13,383 nucleotides of DNA from Verrucomicrobiota bacterium. GTDB taxonomy: Bacteria; Verrucomicrobiota; Verrucomicrobiia; Opitutales; Opitutaceae. The DNA is taken from contig JAEZDN010000105.1 of NCBI GenBank assembly GCA_023433275.1, positions 1 through 13,383 on the forward strand. Reading direction: 5' to 3'. Below are positions 1 to 7,781 of the stretch, piece after piece. The notes beneath the pieces are model-generated. The model ran no database searches, was not told where the DNA came from, and worked only from the letters and a program-made list of their open reading frames with translations. The translations under genes and the position numbers were made by a program. Within the stretch, counting starts at the first letter, position 1. Each line of letters starts with the position of its first letter.

Positions 1-91
1 CTACCGCGCGCATGAGGGCCGCCAAAGCGCCGACCCTACGACGAAATCGCCGGCGGTGGCGCGGCCATGTGGTCGACTCGCGCCCACGCAG

Positions 92-1558
92 TCACTTCAG
101 CGCGCCGGCTCCACCGCCGCCGCCGGCCGGCGGGACCTCCTTCGCCAGGGCGATCTCTCCCTGACGGGAATAGTCGATCGCTTCCGCCAGGATGCGCGCG
201 GCTTCCTGCGGGGCGTGGAAACCCATCGAATTTTCGGCGGCGACGAAATCCAGTCGCCACTGGGCCTTGCGATGGAGGTCGCGGGCGGCCTTGAGCTGCT
301 CGTCGGTGGCGCCGGCCTTCTGCGCCGCGCCGATGGCGTGGATGAGCGCGACGGTCGCCTCCTCCGCGCGGGTGAGGAGCGCGGCATTCCGATTCTGCAT
401 GGTGAGCGCGCGCGCCATGATTTCCTTTTCCGGAATGCGGTGGCAGGTCTGGCAGGATTCGGCGACGTTCAACAGCGGGGAACGCACATGATGGTTGCTG
501 ACCTTGATGGCGCCCTCGCGCACGTAGGGCATGTGGCAGTCGGCGCAGGAAACGCCGCTGCGGGCGTGGATGCCCTGGCTCCACATCTCAAACTCGGGAT
601 GCTGCGCCTTCAGCATCTTCGCGCCACTCTCGGTGTGGGTCCAGTCGACGTGGCCGGTCTCGTTATAGTAGGCCTCCATCTGCTCGACCTTGAGGCCGTT
701 GTCCCACGGGTAGTTCACGAGCTTGTTCTTGCCCTCGAAGTTGTATTCGACGTGGCACTGCGCGCAGACCAGGGATCGCATCTCCTGGCGGGTGGCGAGC
801 AGGTTGGGCTCGTAGCTACCCTGGCGGCCGTCACGACGCCAGCGCTCGATGCTCGGGAGATGCGGCGTGGCCTCCTTGGACTCGGCCAGGGCCCTGATGC
901 CGTTGATGAATGCCGGGCGGCTCACGCGCAGGTTCATCGTCTCGGCGTCGTGGCAGTCTATGCATGACACCGGATGTGTCACCTTCTGGCGGGCCTCGGC
1001 AAACGGCAGCGGACTGATCACTTCAAAACCCTTTTGGATCTGCGCCTCGCGATGCTCACGCCCGCCGGGGATGCCGGCCGCAATGCCCGCCTCGATATAG
1101 GTGGGCAGCACCGAGGAATGGCAGTGCAGGCAGGCACCCGGCTGGTTGAAGCGGGTGACGCGTTCGGTCTCATCCTGGTCAGTGAGCATGTAGGCGTGGC
1201 CGCGCTCCTCGCGGTAATCGACGCCGAAGGGATAGCCCGCAAAGAGTGTACGGTAGAGGGGAAACTCATCGAGCCGCTGGAAGGCCTCGCTGCCGCCGTG
1301 GTTCGTGCGCTCGGTGTCCACGGTGCGCTTGTAGCTGTCGTATTGCCGCGGGTAGTTCTTTCCCCACAAGGCGGGATCCGTGGTGTTCTCGTCCACGTCC
1401 ACGACCCGGAAGACGTGCTGGGTCGCCTCGGCCTTTCGCGCCACGATGTTCTGATAGAGCATCAGGATCAGGAACGTGGCGCCGGCGGTGCCGGCGAGGA
1501 TCGCAATGAACGCCCAGGTGGCGAGGCCGTGCTGGCGGGAGGCGGAGGAGGTTTTCAT
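92..1558 (-). CDS. nrfA: Pentahaem cytochrome c nitrite reductase NrfA (ammonia-forming), CXXCH active-site variant
   Basis: 488 aa with an N-terminal signal/anchor helix. Five haem c motifs: CLHCH, CIDCH, CAQCH, CADCH, CQTCH. Long collinear resemblance to E. coli NrfA as I recall it (ERGHAY, CAQCHVEYNFEGKNK, KAQHPEFE, CADCHMP), so the catalytic Arg/Tyr/His and the Ca-site residues appear retained. Lies directly downstream of nrfH. Confidence 0.93.
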   Translation of the reverse strand: MKTSSASRQHGLATWAFIAILAGTAGATFLILMLYQNIVARKAEATQHVFRVVDVDENTTDPALWGKNYPRQYDSYKRTVDTERTNHGGSEAFQRLDEFPLYRTLFAGYPFGVDYREERGHAYMLTDQDETERVTRFNQPGACLHCHSSVLPTYIEAGIAAGIPGGREHREAQIQKGFEVISPLPFAEARQKVTHPVSCIDCHDAETMNLRVSRPAFINGIRALAESKEATPHLPSIERWRRDGRQGSYEPNLLATRQEMRSLVCAQCHVEYNFEGKNKLVNYPWDNGLKVEQMEAYYNETGHVDWTHTESGAKMLKAQHPEFEMWSQGIHARSGVSCADCHMPYVREGAIKVSNHHVRSPLLNVAESCQTCHRIPEKEIMARALTMQNRNAALLTRAEEATVALIHAIGAAQKAGATDEQLKAARDLHRKAQWRLDFVAAENSMGFHAPQEAARILAEAIDYSRQGEIALAKEVPPAGGGGGAGALK

Positions 1559-1645
1559 GACGGGAAAGACTGGTTGGTTTTCTTAGCTAAGAATGCACAC
1601 GAAGTGAGAGAAGGGGGCATCGACCCCTCGCTGCCGTTATCCCGG

Positions 1646-1708
1646 GCCGTGCGAAGGATCCAAGGGGAAGCCGCCACCCACGGCACCAGCTTGGATCCTT
1701 CGCACGGC
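1646..1708 (-). repeat. Perfect 19-bp inverted repeat (intercistronic RNA hairpin) in the nrfH-nrfA spacer
   Basis: 1646-1664 gccgtgcgaaggatccaag is the exact reverse complement of 1690-1708 cttggatccttcgcacggc, with a 25-nt loop. No U-run follows on either strand, so it is not a canonical intrinsic terminator. Confidence 0.8.
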
Positions 1709-1772
1709 TCAGGATGACGATGCAGGGGTCTGGTTTTCATTCGCGTCATTTTGTGTCCGTTCGCGGTTGAAT

Positions 1773-2249
1773 TCACTTCAGCGGACCGTGACCGACCTCG
1801 CGGTGGCAGTGCAGGCAGTCGAGCATCTTCTGCGGGTCGCCGGGGTGCGTGTTGATGCCGTCCACCAGGGCTTGGTGGCAGGTGACGCAGTTCTCCTGGA
1901 GCACCGCGATGTTCTTCTTTCGGATCATGATCGGCTCGTGGAAATCCTGCAGCGTGAAACCCTTCGAGTGCCAGAAGCCGTTCTCGGCCTTGCTGAGATA
2001 TTTCGGGATGAAGCTATGCGGCGTGTGGCAGTCGTTGCAGGTGGCGACCGCATGGTGCGGCCCCTTCTGCCAGCCATCGAACTGCTCGCGCATGATATGA
2101 CAATTCACGCACGCGGTCGGGTCGTTGGAGAAATACGACAGCCCGTGCGCGTAGGTGAAGGTGTAGCTGCCAAGACCCGCGAACAGCCCGGCCGTGGCCG
2201 TGATGGCCACCAACAGGAGCGTGCGCGTGCGCGAGGTGGGGATCTTCAT
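1773..2249 (-). CDS. nrfH: Tetrahaem cytochrome c quinol dehydrogenase NrfH (NapC/NirT family)
   Basis: 158 aa with one N-terminal TM helix. Four CXXCH motifs (CVNCH, CNDCH, CVTCH, CLHCH). Size and position immediately upstream of nrfA are typical of nrfHA operons. Confidence 0.9.
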   Translation of the reverse strand: MKIPTSRTRTLLLVAITATAGLFAGLGSYTFTYAHGLSYFSNDPTACVNCHIMREQFDGWQKGPHHAVATCNDCHTPHSFIPKYLSKAENGFWHSKGFTLQDFHEPIMIRKKNIAVLQENCVTCHQALVDGINTHPGDPQKMLDCLHCHREVGHGPLK

Positions 2250-2333
2250 GGGTCGCAGTTGGCGCTCAACCTACGCATGCCCTGCCCTCCGCCAAGCCAA
2301 CACTCGAAGTTTTTGTGCGGAACCTTCCGCCGG

Positions 2334-2567
2334 TTATTCGCGCCAAAAATTCACCGCCCAAGCCCCGTCGTTACGACGCTCCATCGACGACGCGAACCCC
2401 TCGCTCTTGAGCAATTCAATGAGTGGCGCCGGCAGGAACGGCGCCACGATCGTCACCCCCTCTCCGTCTTCGAGCGCATCCACCCGCGCGCGAATGGCCG
2501 AAAAAGGCTCCTCGCCGCGCGCGAGCACGGCCCGGATGTCGAAGGATTTGAAGCGAATCGGTTTCAT
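2334..2567 (-). CDS. DUF2249-type small protein (TusA/SirA-like fold family often found next to NO/nitrite genes)
   Basis: 77 aa. The pattern FDIR..(G)EEPF..I...V..L..GE.V.IV.PF.P.PL...L...GF......R.DG.W.V.FWR matches my recollection of DUF2249. Not HMM-verified. Confidence 0.6.
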   Translation of the reverse strand: MKPIRFKSFDIRAVLARGEEPFSAIRARVDALEDGEGVTIVAPFLPAPLIELLKSEGFASSMERRNDGAWAVNFWRE

Positions 2568-2612
2568 GCGATTGGATTGGGCTCACCCTACTCCCGTCGG
2601 CGAACAAGCGCC

Positions 2613-2626
2613 TTGATCCAAGTCAT
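2613..2626 (-). promoter_or_regulatory. FNR/CRP-family (Dnr/NnrR-type) box TTGATccaaGTCAT with a downstream -10-like TAGGGT
   Basis: 9/10 match to TTGAT-N4-GTCAA, with the shared 5' flank cgcc. The box centre at 2619.5 is 29.5 nt from a TAGGGT hexamer (2590-2585 on the minus strand). Predicted TSS is about 2578, 11 nt upstream of the DUF2249 ATG. Probably drives DUF2249-nrfH-nrfA. Confidence 0.6.
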
Positions 2627-2641
2627 ATTTTCGCCGCGGAC

Positions 2642-4765
2642 TCACGGGCTCCAGACAAATCCCGCCTCGGGATCAAACGTTAGCACATGTTGGCGACGTT
2701 CCACCGCCGTCCAGGTTCCGGCCCACCGCCGGGAGGGAACGCCGGTGGCAGGCGGTTGCGACCATATCTCCACGCTCGCGCTCTGCGCGCCCGCCGCGAG
2801 GCGCACCCGCAGCTCGCCCACCGCCACCCCGTCGTCGGACAATCCCTTGGCCCGCACCGTGTGCGTCTCCACCCGCCCACCCGCCTCCACGCGCACCACC
2901 ACCGGTTGCCGACCCCGCGCCGCGGGCATCGCCCCGCGCATGTGCACCGGGCGCGTATCGTTGCCCGCGGCCGGCGCGACCGCCGTCGGCTCGAGCCGGT
3001 CGCCATAGGCGCGAAACGTAACAACAAACTCCGGCGCCTCCGGGGCGGGATTGCGAAAAGGTGCGTCGCTCAAACCCACCATGAGCGCCACCCCCACGCC
3101 CGCCACCGCCAGCGCCACCGACCAACCGAGAACGCGGTCACGGCCTGCGCGACTGGCCCGCCCGGGCGCGCCCGCGCCGGCGCGAAGCGAGGATGCCGCT
3201 GCCGCCAGCAAGTGGGGTCGCAACGGATCGAAATCCACATGCGCCACTCGCCGCGGGTCCGCTCGATTGGGGCGGAGCGCGGGCTCACGCGTGCCAGCCA
3301 GGCGCGCGGGCATCCAAATGTTGCCCTCCCGGCCAAAGGCTTCGCTCGAACCGCAACCGACAATGAGCACAGCGGCCGCGCCCTTCGTCATCAACCGCTC
3401 GATGAGCTTCGGCTCGACCCACCCCGCGCAGGGGACGGGCCGCACCGTGTAGCCGGGCAGGCGCCGGGCCCAGGCCACGTGGTCGAACAGCTCCCAGCCC
3501 CCGTCCCCTTGGGCACACACAAAGGCAATCGCGGGAGCCTCCCCGCGGGCCCGGGCGGTGAGAACCAATTCCTCGAGCTCCCGGCCGACGCGCCGCGCAT
3601 CGAACCAGGCCAGGCCAATTCCCTGCGTGTCGCAGGAGCCCGCACAAATGCCACAACCCACGCACCGGTCGGGATCAACCTGCGCTTGCGAGGGAAACGG
3701 CTTCCCGTCGGTTCGCGGCACCATCGTGATCGCGCCGAAGGGACAGTCGTGCGAGCAAAGCGTGCAGGCAAAGCACCTCGACACGTCCACCGCCGCCTGG
3801 AACGTCGCCCGCGGCCGCCGGCGCGCGAGCCACCACGGGATGGTGACCAAAACAATCATGCTCAGGCCGGCTGAGAGCCAGATCCCGGGTCCGCTCAGCC
3901 GCGCCGTGAGTTGCAACGGCCACAGAAACCACCAGTCCATCGAGAGCGCCGCCGGTTTCACGGCGAGTTGGGCGGGAGCCGCATTCGTGGCCGGCCAGAT
4001 GAGCGCCGCGACGATCACCGCGCCGGCCAGCCCGGCGATCAGACGCTTGTCGGGGAGCAGGTTCACCCGGCTCAGGCGCGCCAGATGCAGGGCCAGGCCG
4101 CCGGCGATGGCCAATGGCAGCGCCATGTGCAGGAAGAACACCACGAAAAACAGCAGCGAAGGCACGGTCTCATCCCGATTGAAGAGCGGCAGCATGGGCT
4201 CGCCGAACACGGGCAGCACGTCCACCGCCTTCATCGTGCCCGTGGCGACCAACTGGGCCCGCTCATCCCACACCAGCCAGTAACCGGTCCACCCGATGAA
4301 CCCGATGAGCGCGAGCATGGCGATCCCGCTCGCCCAAGCGAGCCAGCGCGAGCCGGCGAATTTCCGGGCGAACAGCATGCGCGCGGCGTGCATCAGCACG
4401 AGCAGCATGGTGAGGTCGGAGGAATAGCGATGCACGCTCCGCACGATCCCGCCGGGTGATCGCGCCCCCAGCCCTGCGAGCGACGACCACGCGGATTGCA
4501 CGCTGGCGGAATACCAGATGAGCATCAGGACGCCTGAGACCGTGGCCAGGAGCAGCATGGCGTTGGCGGCCGGCCCGAGCTGCGCCAGCGGGTTCACTGG
4601 CCGCGGCCACACGCGCTCGATCACCGTGTCGAGCCGCGCCCAGCCCGCCTCGCCCGCCGCCCACAGCCGCGCCGCCCGCACGGGCGGTGCCGGCGGCTCC
4701 GCCCCAGGCGCCGGACCTCCGCCGATGCTGTCAGCCAGCGCCTCGCAATCGGGCTCCGGATGCAT
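2642..4765 (-). CDS. Multidomain membrane redox protein: dihaem cytochrome b (bc1/b6 N-terminal type) + 2x[4Fe-4S] ferredoxin + MvhD/FlpD-like domain + TM helix + about 140-aa periplasmic domain of unknown function
   Basis: I call the start at ATG 4765 (MHPEPD...), giving 707 aa. The track ORF extends to 5278 only by running out of frame across the upstream SCO gene. Two H-x13-H pairs sit in TM helices (RSVHRYSSDLTMLLVLMHAARM and FFLHMALPLAIAGGLALHLARL), plus a WTGYWLVWDERA motif, as in cytochrome b. Ferredoxin motifs: CFACTLCSHDCP and CVGCGICAGSC. MvhD-like stretch: AFVCAQ...VPCAGWVEPKLIERLMTKGAAAVLIVGCGS...REGN. About 7 TM helices by eye. Confidence 0.75.
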   Translation of the reverse strand: MHPEPDCEALADSIGGGPAPGAEPPAPPVRAARLWAAGEAGWARLDTVIERVWPRPVNPLAQLGPAANAMLLLATVSGVLMLIWYSASVQSAWSSLAGLGARSPGGIVRSVHRYSSDLTMLLVLMHAARMLFARKFAGSRWLAWASGIAMLALIGFIGWTGYWLVWDERAQLVATGTMKAVDVLPVFGEPMLPLFNRDETVPSLLFFVVFFLHMALPLAIAGGLALHLARLSRVNLLPDKRLIAGLAGAVIVAALIWPATNAAPAQLAVKPAALSMDWWFLWPLQLTARLSGPGIWLSAGLSMIVLVTIPWWLARRRPRATFQAAVDVSRCFACTLCSHDCPFGAITMVPRTDGKPFPSQAQVDPDRCVGCGICAGSCDTQGIGLAWFDARRVGRELEELVLTARARGEAPAIAFVCAQGDGGWELFDHVAWARRLPGYTVRPVPCAGWVEPKLIERLMTKGAAAVLIVGCGSSEAFGREGNIWMPARLAGTREPALRPNRADPRRVAHVDFDPLRPHLLAAAASSLRAGAGAPGRASRAGRDRVLGWSVALAVAGVGVALMVGLSDAPFRNPAPEAPEFVVTFRAYGDRLEPTAVAPAAGNDTRPVHMRGAMPAARGRQPVVVRVEAGGRVETHTVRAKGLSDDGVAVGELRVRLAAGAQSASVEIWSQPPATGVPSRRWAGTWTAVERRQHVLTFDPEAGFVWSP

Positions 4766-4883
4766 GTGACCACTCACGCCCCGCCTCCCGCCCTTCCCGG
4801 ACCGGAGGGTTCTCGCGAGGCCGTTCCGCAAGCGGGGCTTCGCCGGGGCGCGGCCCGGCGGTCGACAGCATGCCGCGCGGGAT

Positions 4884-5843
4884 TCATTCGCGCAGGAGGT
4901 GCAGCAGGCCCTCGCGCAGCCAGGCCCGGTGGCGCGGGTCGAGCGTGAAGCGGAAGGCGATGTCGCCCTCGCGATCCAGCAGGAGGAACAGGTTGGCGTG
5001 GTTGAGCACGCCGGTCTCAGGATCACGCGTGACGGAAAACTGGAGACGCTTGAGCAGATCGCGCATCTCGTCGGGGCGCTCACCGTTGACGTAGCGAAAC
5101 TCGGGAAACTCCAGTCCCTGCGCCGTAGCCATGGCGTCCATGATTTCGGTGGTCTCGTATTCCGGGTTGAGCGAGAGCGCGACCACGCGCAGACCCGCGC
5201 GGTCGGCGGCGGGCAATTCGGCGAGCACGGCACGCAACTCCTTGAAGATCTCCGGACAGGCAGTGGAACAGGCCGCATACACGCCCGTCACGAGCACAAC
5301 CTGACCGCGCAGATCGGCGAGCCGGAAGGCCGTGCCCTTCTGGTCCACGAGCGGCTGGTCAGGCACGGCAAGTCGCACCCGGATGCGATCGCCGGGAAAC
5401 GGCGGCAGGACGTCCGCCGCGCGGTCGGCTTGCGCATACGCCACCAGCCCGGCCACCGCGGCCGCAACCGTCGCCACGCCAGCGGCGGCGGCACCGAGGT
5501 GGCGGAGCCATAGCGCCGGCGACCTGAGCTGCCTGAGCGTATCGCGCCAGAGCACGCCGGCCACGAGCACGACCATGACGGGCTCGAGCAACATGATGCT
5601 GACGGCGGCCCACGACATGCCGCCGGTGCGCGGGTCGCCCTGGTAACACCATTGTTGGAAATCCCGCACGAAGCCGCCCAGCGCGCCGTCACCCGTCGGC
5701 CCGAAGATCGTGAGCAGGAGAAACGCCTCGTAGGCCGCGAGCGCCGAACCGAGGAACACCAACAGACCCGGTCCGGTGAAGAAGCGCGTGCCGGCGGACG
5801 TGGCGGCCGGCGGGGCGTCGGGGGCGTGGGCGGGAATGAGCAT
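4884..5843 (-). CDS. SCO1/SenC-family thiol-disulfide/copper chaperone with an N-terminal three-TM membrane domain
   Basis: 319 aa. Thioredoxin-fold core carries CSTAC (CxxxC) and the downstream conserved His (VLNHANLFLLLDREGDI). Three hydrophobic helices fall within the first ~140 aa. ATG at 5843. Confidence 0.75.
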   Translation of the reverse strand: MLIPAHAPDAPPAATSAGTRFFTGPGLLVFLGSALAAYEAFLLLTIFGPTGDGALGGFVRDFQQWCYQGDPRTGGMSWAAVSIMLLEPVMVVLVAGVLWRDTLRQLRSPALWLRHLGAAAAGVATVAAAVAGLVAYAQADRAADVLPPFPGDRIRVRLAVPDQPLVDQKGTAFRLADLRGQVVLVTGVYAACSTACPEIFKELRAVLAELPAADRAGLRVVALSLNPEYETTEIMDAMATAQGLEFPEFRYVNGERPDEMRDLLKRLQFSVTRDPETGVLNHANLFLLLDREGDIAFRFTLDPRHRAWLREGLLHLLRE

Positions 5844-5910
5844 GAGGATATTGTGATCTCAGGAATTGATCATCGCGGATCCAAACCAGCCCACCCCGCC
5901 CGGCCGGGCA

Positions 5911-5969
5911 CCCCTCTTGATGGAGGGGACTTCGGCTAAATTGCCCGGATTCCCCTCCATGAAGAGGGA
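5911..5969 (-). repeat. Imperfect 59-bp palindrome (nested hairpins) in the 190-bp gap between HCO subunit I and the membrane SCO gene
   Basis: Arm 5911-5929 cccctcttgatggagggga versus arm 5951-5969 tcccctccatgaagaggga: 17/19 complementary. Core tggagggga/tcccctcca is perfect over 9 bp. Each arm is also self-complementary (cccctc...gagggg). No U-tract follows. Confidence 0.65.
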
Positions 5970-6033
5970 TGGCGCGCAGCGCCGGGGGGTGTGGGGAAAT
6001 CGCACGATGTGGTGGGATTGTTGAATTCCGCCA

Positions 6034-7758
6034 TCACCGCACGGGCCACACGTCGGCCAGCGCCTTCCAGTTGGCGAAGTAGTACACCGCGAAGCACGCG
6101 AGGAACACGAAGGTGAGCACGATCGTGCCCTTGGTGGCCGAGTGGTTGTCCGCCAGCGAACCCGCCTTCGTGCCGGCGAGCGCGGGCGGCATGCCCCAGT
6201 CGGCCATCGGGCGGCCATGGTTCTTCTCGCCGAAGAGGAGCGTGCCGACGCAGAGCAGCACGAAGGCGAGCAGGCCGAGGAAGGCCAGCACGCCGCCAAT
6301 GCCCAGCGCACCCAGCCAGAGATGGGCGGCCGGGCCGTAAACGCCCTGCGCATCGATGTCCCAACTGCGGCGCGAAACCCCCATCGAGCCCGCAAAGGAC
6401 ATGCCGAATGACAGCAGCACGATGCCGCCGCCGAAGATCCAGGGCTGGAGGCGTGCGAGCCCGCGCCAGATGAAGTCGCGCTGGAAGATCAGCGGGATGA
6501 CGTAGTAAGCCAGCGCCATGAAGGCCAGCGTGGTGCCGCCGACCACGGTGACGTGGAAGTGTCCCGGGATGCGCAGCGTGTTGTGCGCGATGATGTTGAT
6601 CTGCTGCGTGCCGAGCGTGACGCCCGTGATGCCGCCGAGGAAACCAAAGATGATCACCGAGAGGACGGTGCCCGAGAGAGCCGGGTTGCGCCACGGAAGG
6701 GCCACCACCCAACCGAAGAGACCGCGCGTGTAGCCCTTCTCGCGCATGGCGATCTCGACGCCGGCCGGCACGGTGAAACCGTGGACCATGGACGCGAGCA
6801 CCGCGAGATACATGGCGTAGGAGGTGTTCCAGATCTTCCAGGCCGAGCCGACGGCCGGGTCCACGAGCAGGTGGTGGGCCGACGCGATGTTGATGAAGAG
6901 AATGTAGAGCGCGAAGGCCGTGCGGCAGACCGCCTCGTTGACCGGGCGCGCGCCCAGGATGACGTTCGACAGCAGGTACCAGACCGCGACCATGGCGCAG
7001 ACATTGACCTGTTGCGACTGGTGACCGAGGCCCCACCAGATGATGCGATACCAGATCGGATCGGGCTGGCCGATCCAGCCCATCGAGTAGGCAAACGTCG
7101 GGATCATCACGATCGCGCCGTGCAGGAGGGTGACGACCGCGATGATGGCGGCGGCCAGCGCGCCGAAGGTGACGATCGGCATCGAGCCCTCGTAGGCACG
7201 GTCGCGCTTGGCCACGTAAAGGGTGGCGAAGAAGTTGAAGACGCCCACCAGCGTGCCCACGGCGACGAGGATGATGCCGAGGTAGAAGGCCGGGTGCGCC
7301 AGCAGCGGCAGGTAGGACGTCATCAGCACGTCGGCCTGGCCGGCGATGATGACCCAGTCCACCATCACGGCGCCGACCGCCATGAGGCCGAAGCCCACCC
7401 AGGCCACCTTGCGCGAGAACAGCCGCGCGTTGAGCGGCGTGGTGCAGGCGAAGTAGAGGATCGCGACCTCGAAGAAGAGGATCCAGAAGATGAGCATGTT
7501 GATGCCGTGAAAGGTCAGCACGCGGTAGAACCAGTCCACGGGCAGGAGGTGGACGGTTTGCCAGCGCGTGAGCGCGAGCAGCAGCGCGGCGATGCCGCCG
7601 AGCAGGAGGAAGACGATGCCGACGACGGCGTGCAGCTTGATGAAGCGCTGGGCGTCGAGGCAGACGCCGAGGCCGGTGGTGGCGCAGACGCGCTTCGGCG
7701 TGTCGGGGGCGGCCAGCGAGTGCGGACCGGCGGGCAGGGTGGCGGGGGCAGAGGTCAT
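6034..7758 (-). CDS. Heme-copper oxidase superfamily subunit I, B-family-like architecture, lacking the cross-link tyrosine (candidate nitric oxide reductase catalytic subunit)
   Basis: 574 aa, about 13 TM helices. All six canonical His are present: H84 (TFHG), H246 (WWGLGH), H295/H296 (SAHHLL), H400/H402 (PGHFH). The spacings 84-246-295-400 closely parallel the T. thermophilus ba3 numbering as I recall it (72-233-282-384). The position of the His-linked Tyr (GHPxVY) reads GHQSQQ, i.e. Gln250. Confidence 0.85.
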   Translation of the reverse strand: MTSAPATLPAGPHSLAAPDTPKRVCATTGLGVCLDAQRFIKLHAVVGIVFLLLGGIAALLLALTRWQTVHLLPVDWFYRVLTFHGINMLIFWILFFEVAILYFACTTPLNARLFSRKVAWVGFGLMAVGAVMVDWVIIAGQADVLMTSYLPLLAHPAFYLGIILVAVGTLVGVFNFFATLYVAKRDRAYEGSMPIVTFGALAAAIIAVVTLLHGAIVMIPTFAYSMGWIGQPDPIWYRIIWWGLGHQSQQVNVCAMVAVWYLLSNVILGARPVNEAVCRTAFALYILFINIASAHHLLVDPAVGSAWKIWNTSYAMYLAVLASMVHGFTVPAGVEIAMREKGYTRGLFGWVVALPWRNPALSGTVLSVIIFGFLGGITGVTLGTQQINIIAHNTLRIPGHFHVTVVGGTTLAFMALAYYVIPLIFQRDFIWRGLARLQPWIFGGGIVLLSFGMSFAGSMGVSRRSWDIDAQGVYGPAAHLWLGALGIGGVLAFLGLLAFVLLCVGTLLFGEKNHGRPMADWGMPPALAGTKAGSLADNHSATKGTIVLTFVFLACFAVYYFANWKALADVWPVR

Positions 7759-7781
7759 GGGGAGGCGGAGGGATCGCGGGG

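Noticed and set aside
1-91. Intrinsic terminator downstream of nrfA (CGCCG...CGGCG stem followed by AUUUCGUCGU on the minus strand), and a possible next gene starting at ATG 13
   Set aside because: The stem is only 5 bp with an interrupted U-tract. The putative downstream gene has just 4 codons inside the window. Neither can be supported.
1555-1776. 73-codon minus-strand ORF exactly filling the nrfH-nrfA spacer
   Set aside because: It has a GTG start and atypical composition, it contains the 19-bp hairpin within its frame, and I recognise no motif. It is more likely non-coding RNA structure. Kept only as a note under the spacer finding.
92-1783. Identical 11-mer tcacttcagcg at the 3' ends of both nrfA (92-102) and nrfH (1773-1783)
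   Set aside because: Both genes simply end in ...(A/P)-L-K-stop with the same codons. This is too short and too readily explained to treat as a repeat element.
2259-2333. Possible separate promoter or terminator between DUF2249 and nrfH (TTGGCgctcAACCT; small palindrome gcggaaccttccgc at 2317-2330 next to a T5 run)
   Set aside because: The match to the box consensus is poor. The hairpin is only 5-6 bp with a tiny loop, and the T-run is on the wrong side for termination in either direction. nrfHA is more simply read as co-transcribed from the box at 2613.
4766-5278. The N-terminal 171 codons of the 878-aa track ORF (2642-5278)
   Set aside because: This part overlaps the 3' end of the SCO gene (4884-5843) in another frame and translates to Arg/Ser/Cys/Pro-rich nonsense. 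The recognisable protein begins at ATG 4765. A slightly different nearby start cannot be excluded.
5867-5930. TTGAT half-sites at 5867-5871 and 5917-5921 as possible fifth and sixth Dnr-type boxes
   Set aside because: The partner half-sites (GCGGA, GGGAC) match GTCAA/ATCAA at only 2 of 5 positions, and the conserved gcc flank is absent.
5936-7036. 366-aa minus-strand ORF, and its 32-codon tail (MAEFNNPTTSCDF...) starting at the ATG that overlaps the subunit I stop
   Set aside because: It is out of frame with the robust HCO subunit I for most of its length. The short tail has no TM helix or motif and runs through the palindrome.
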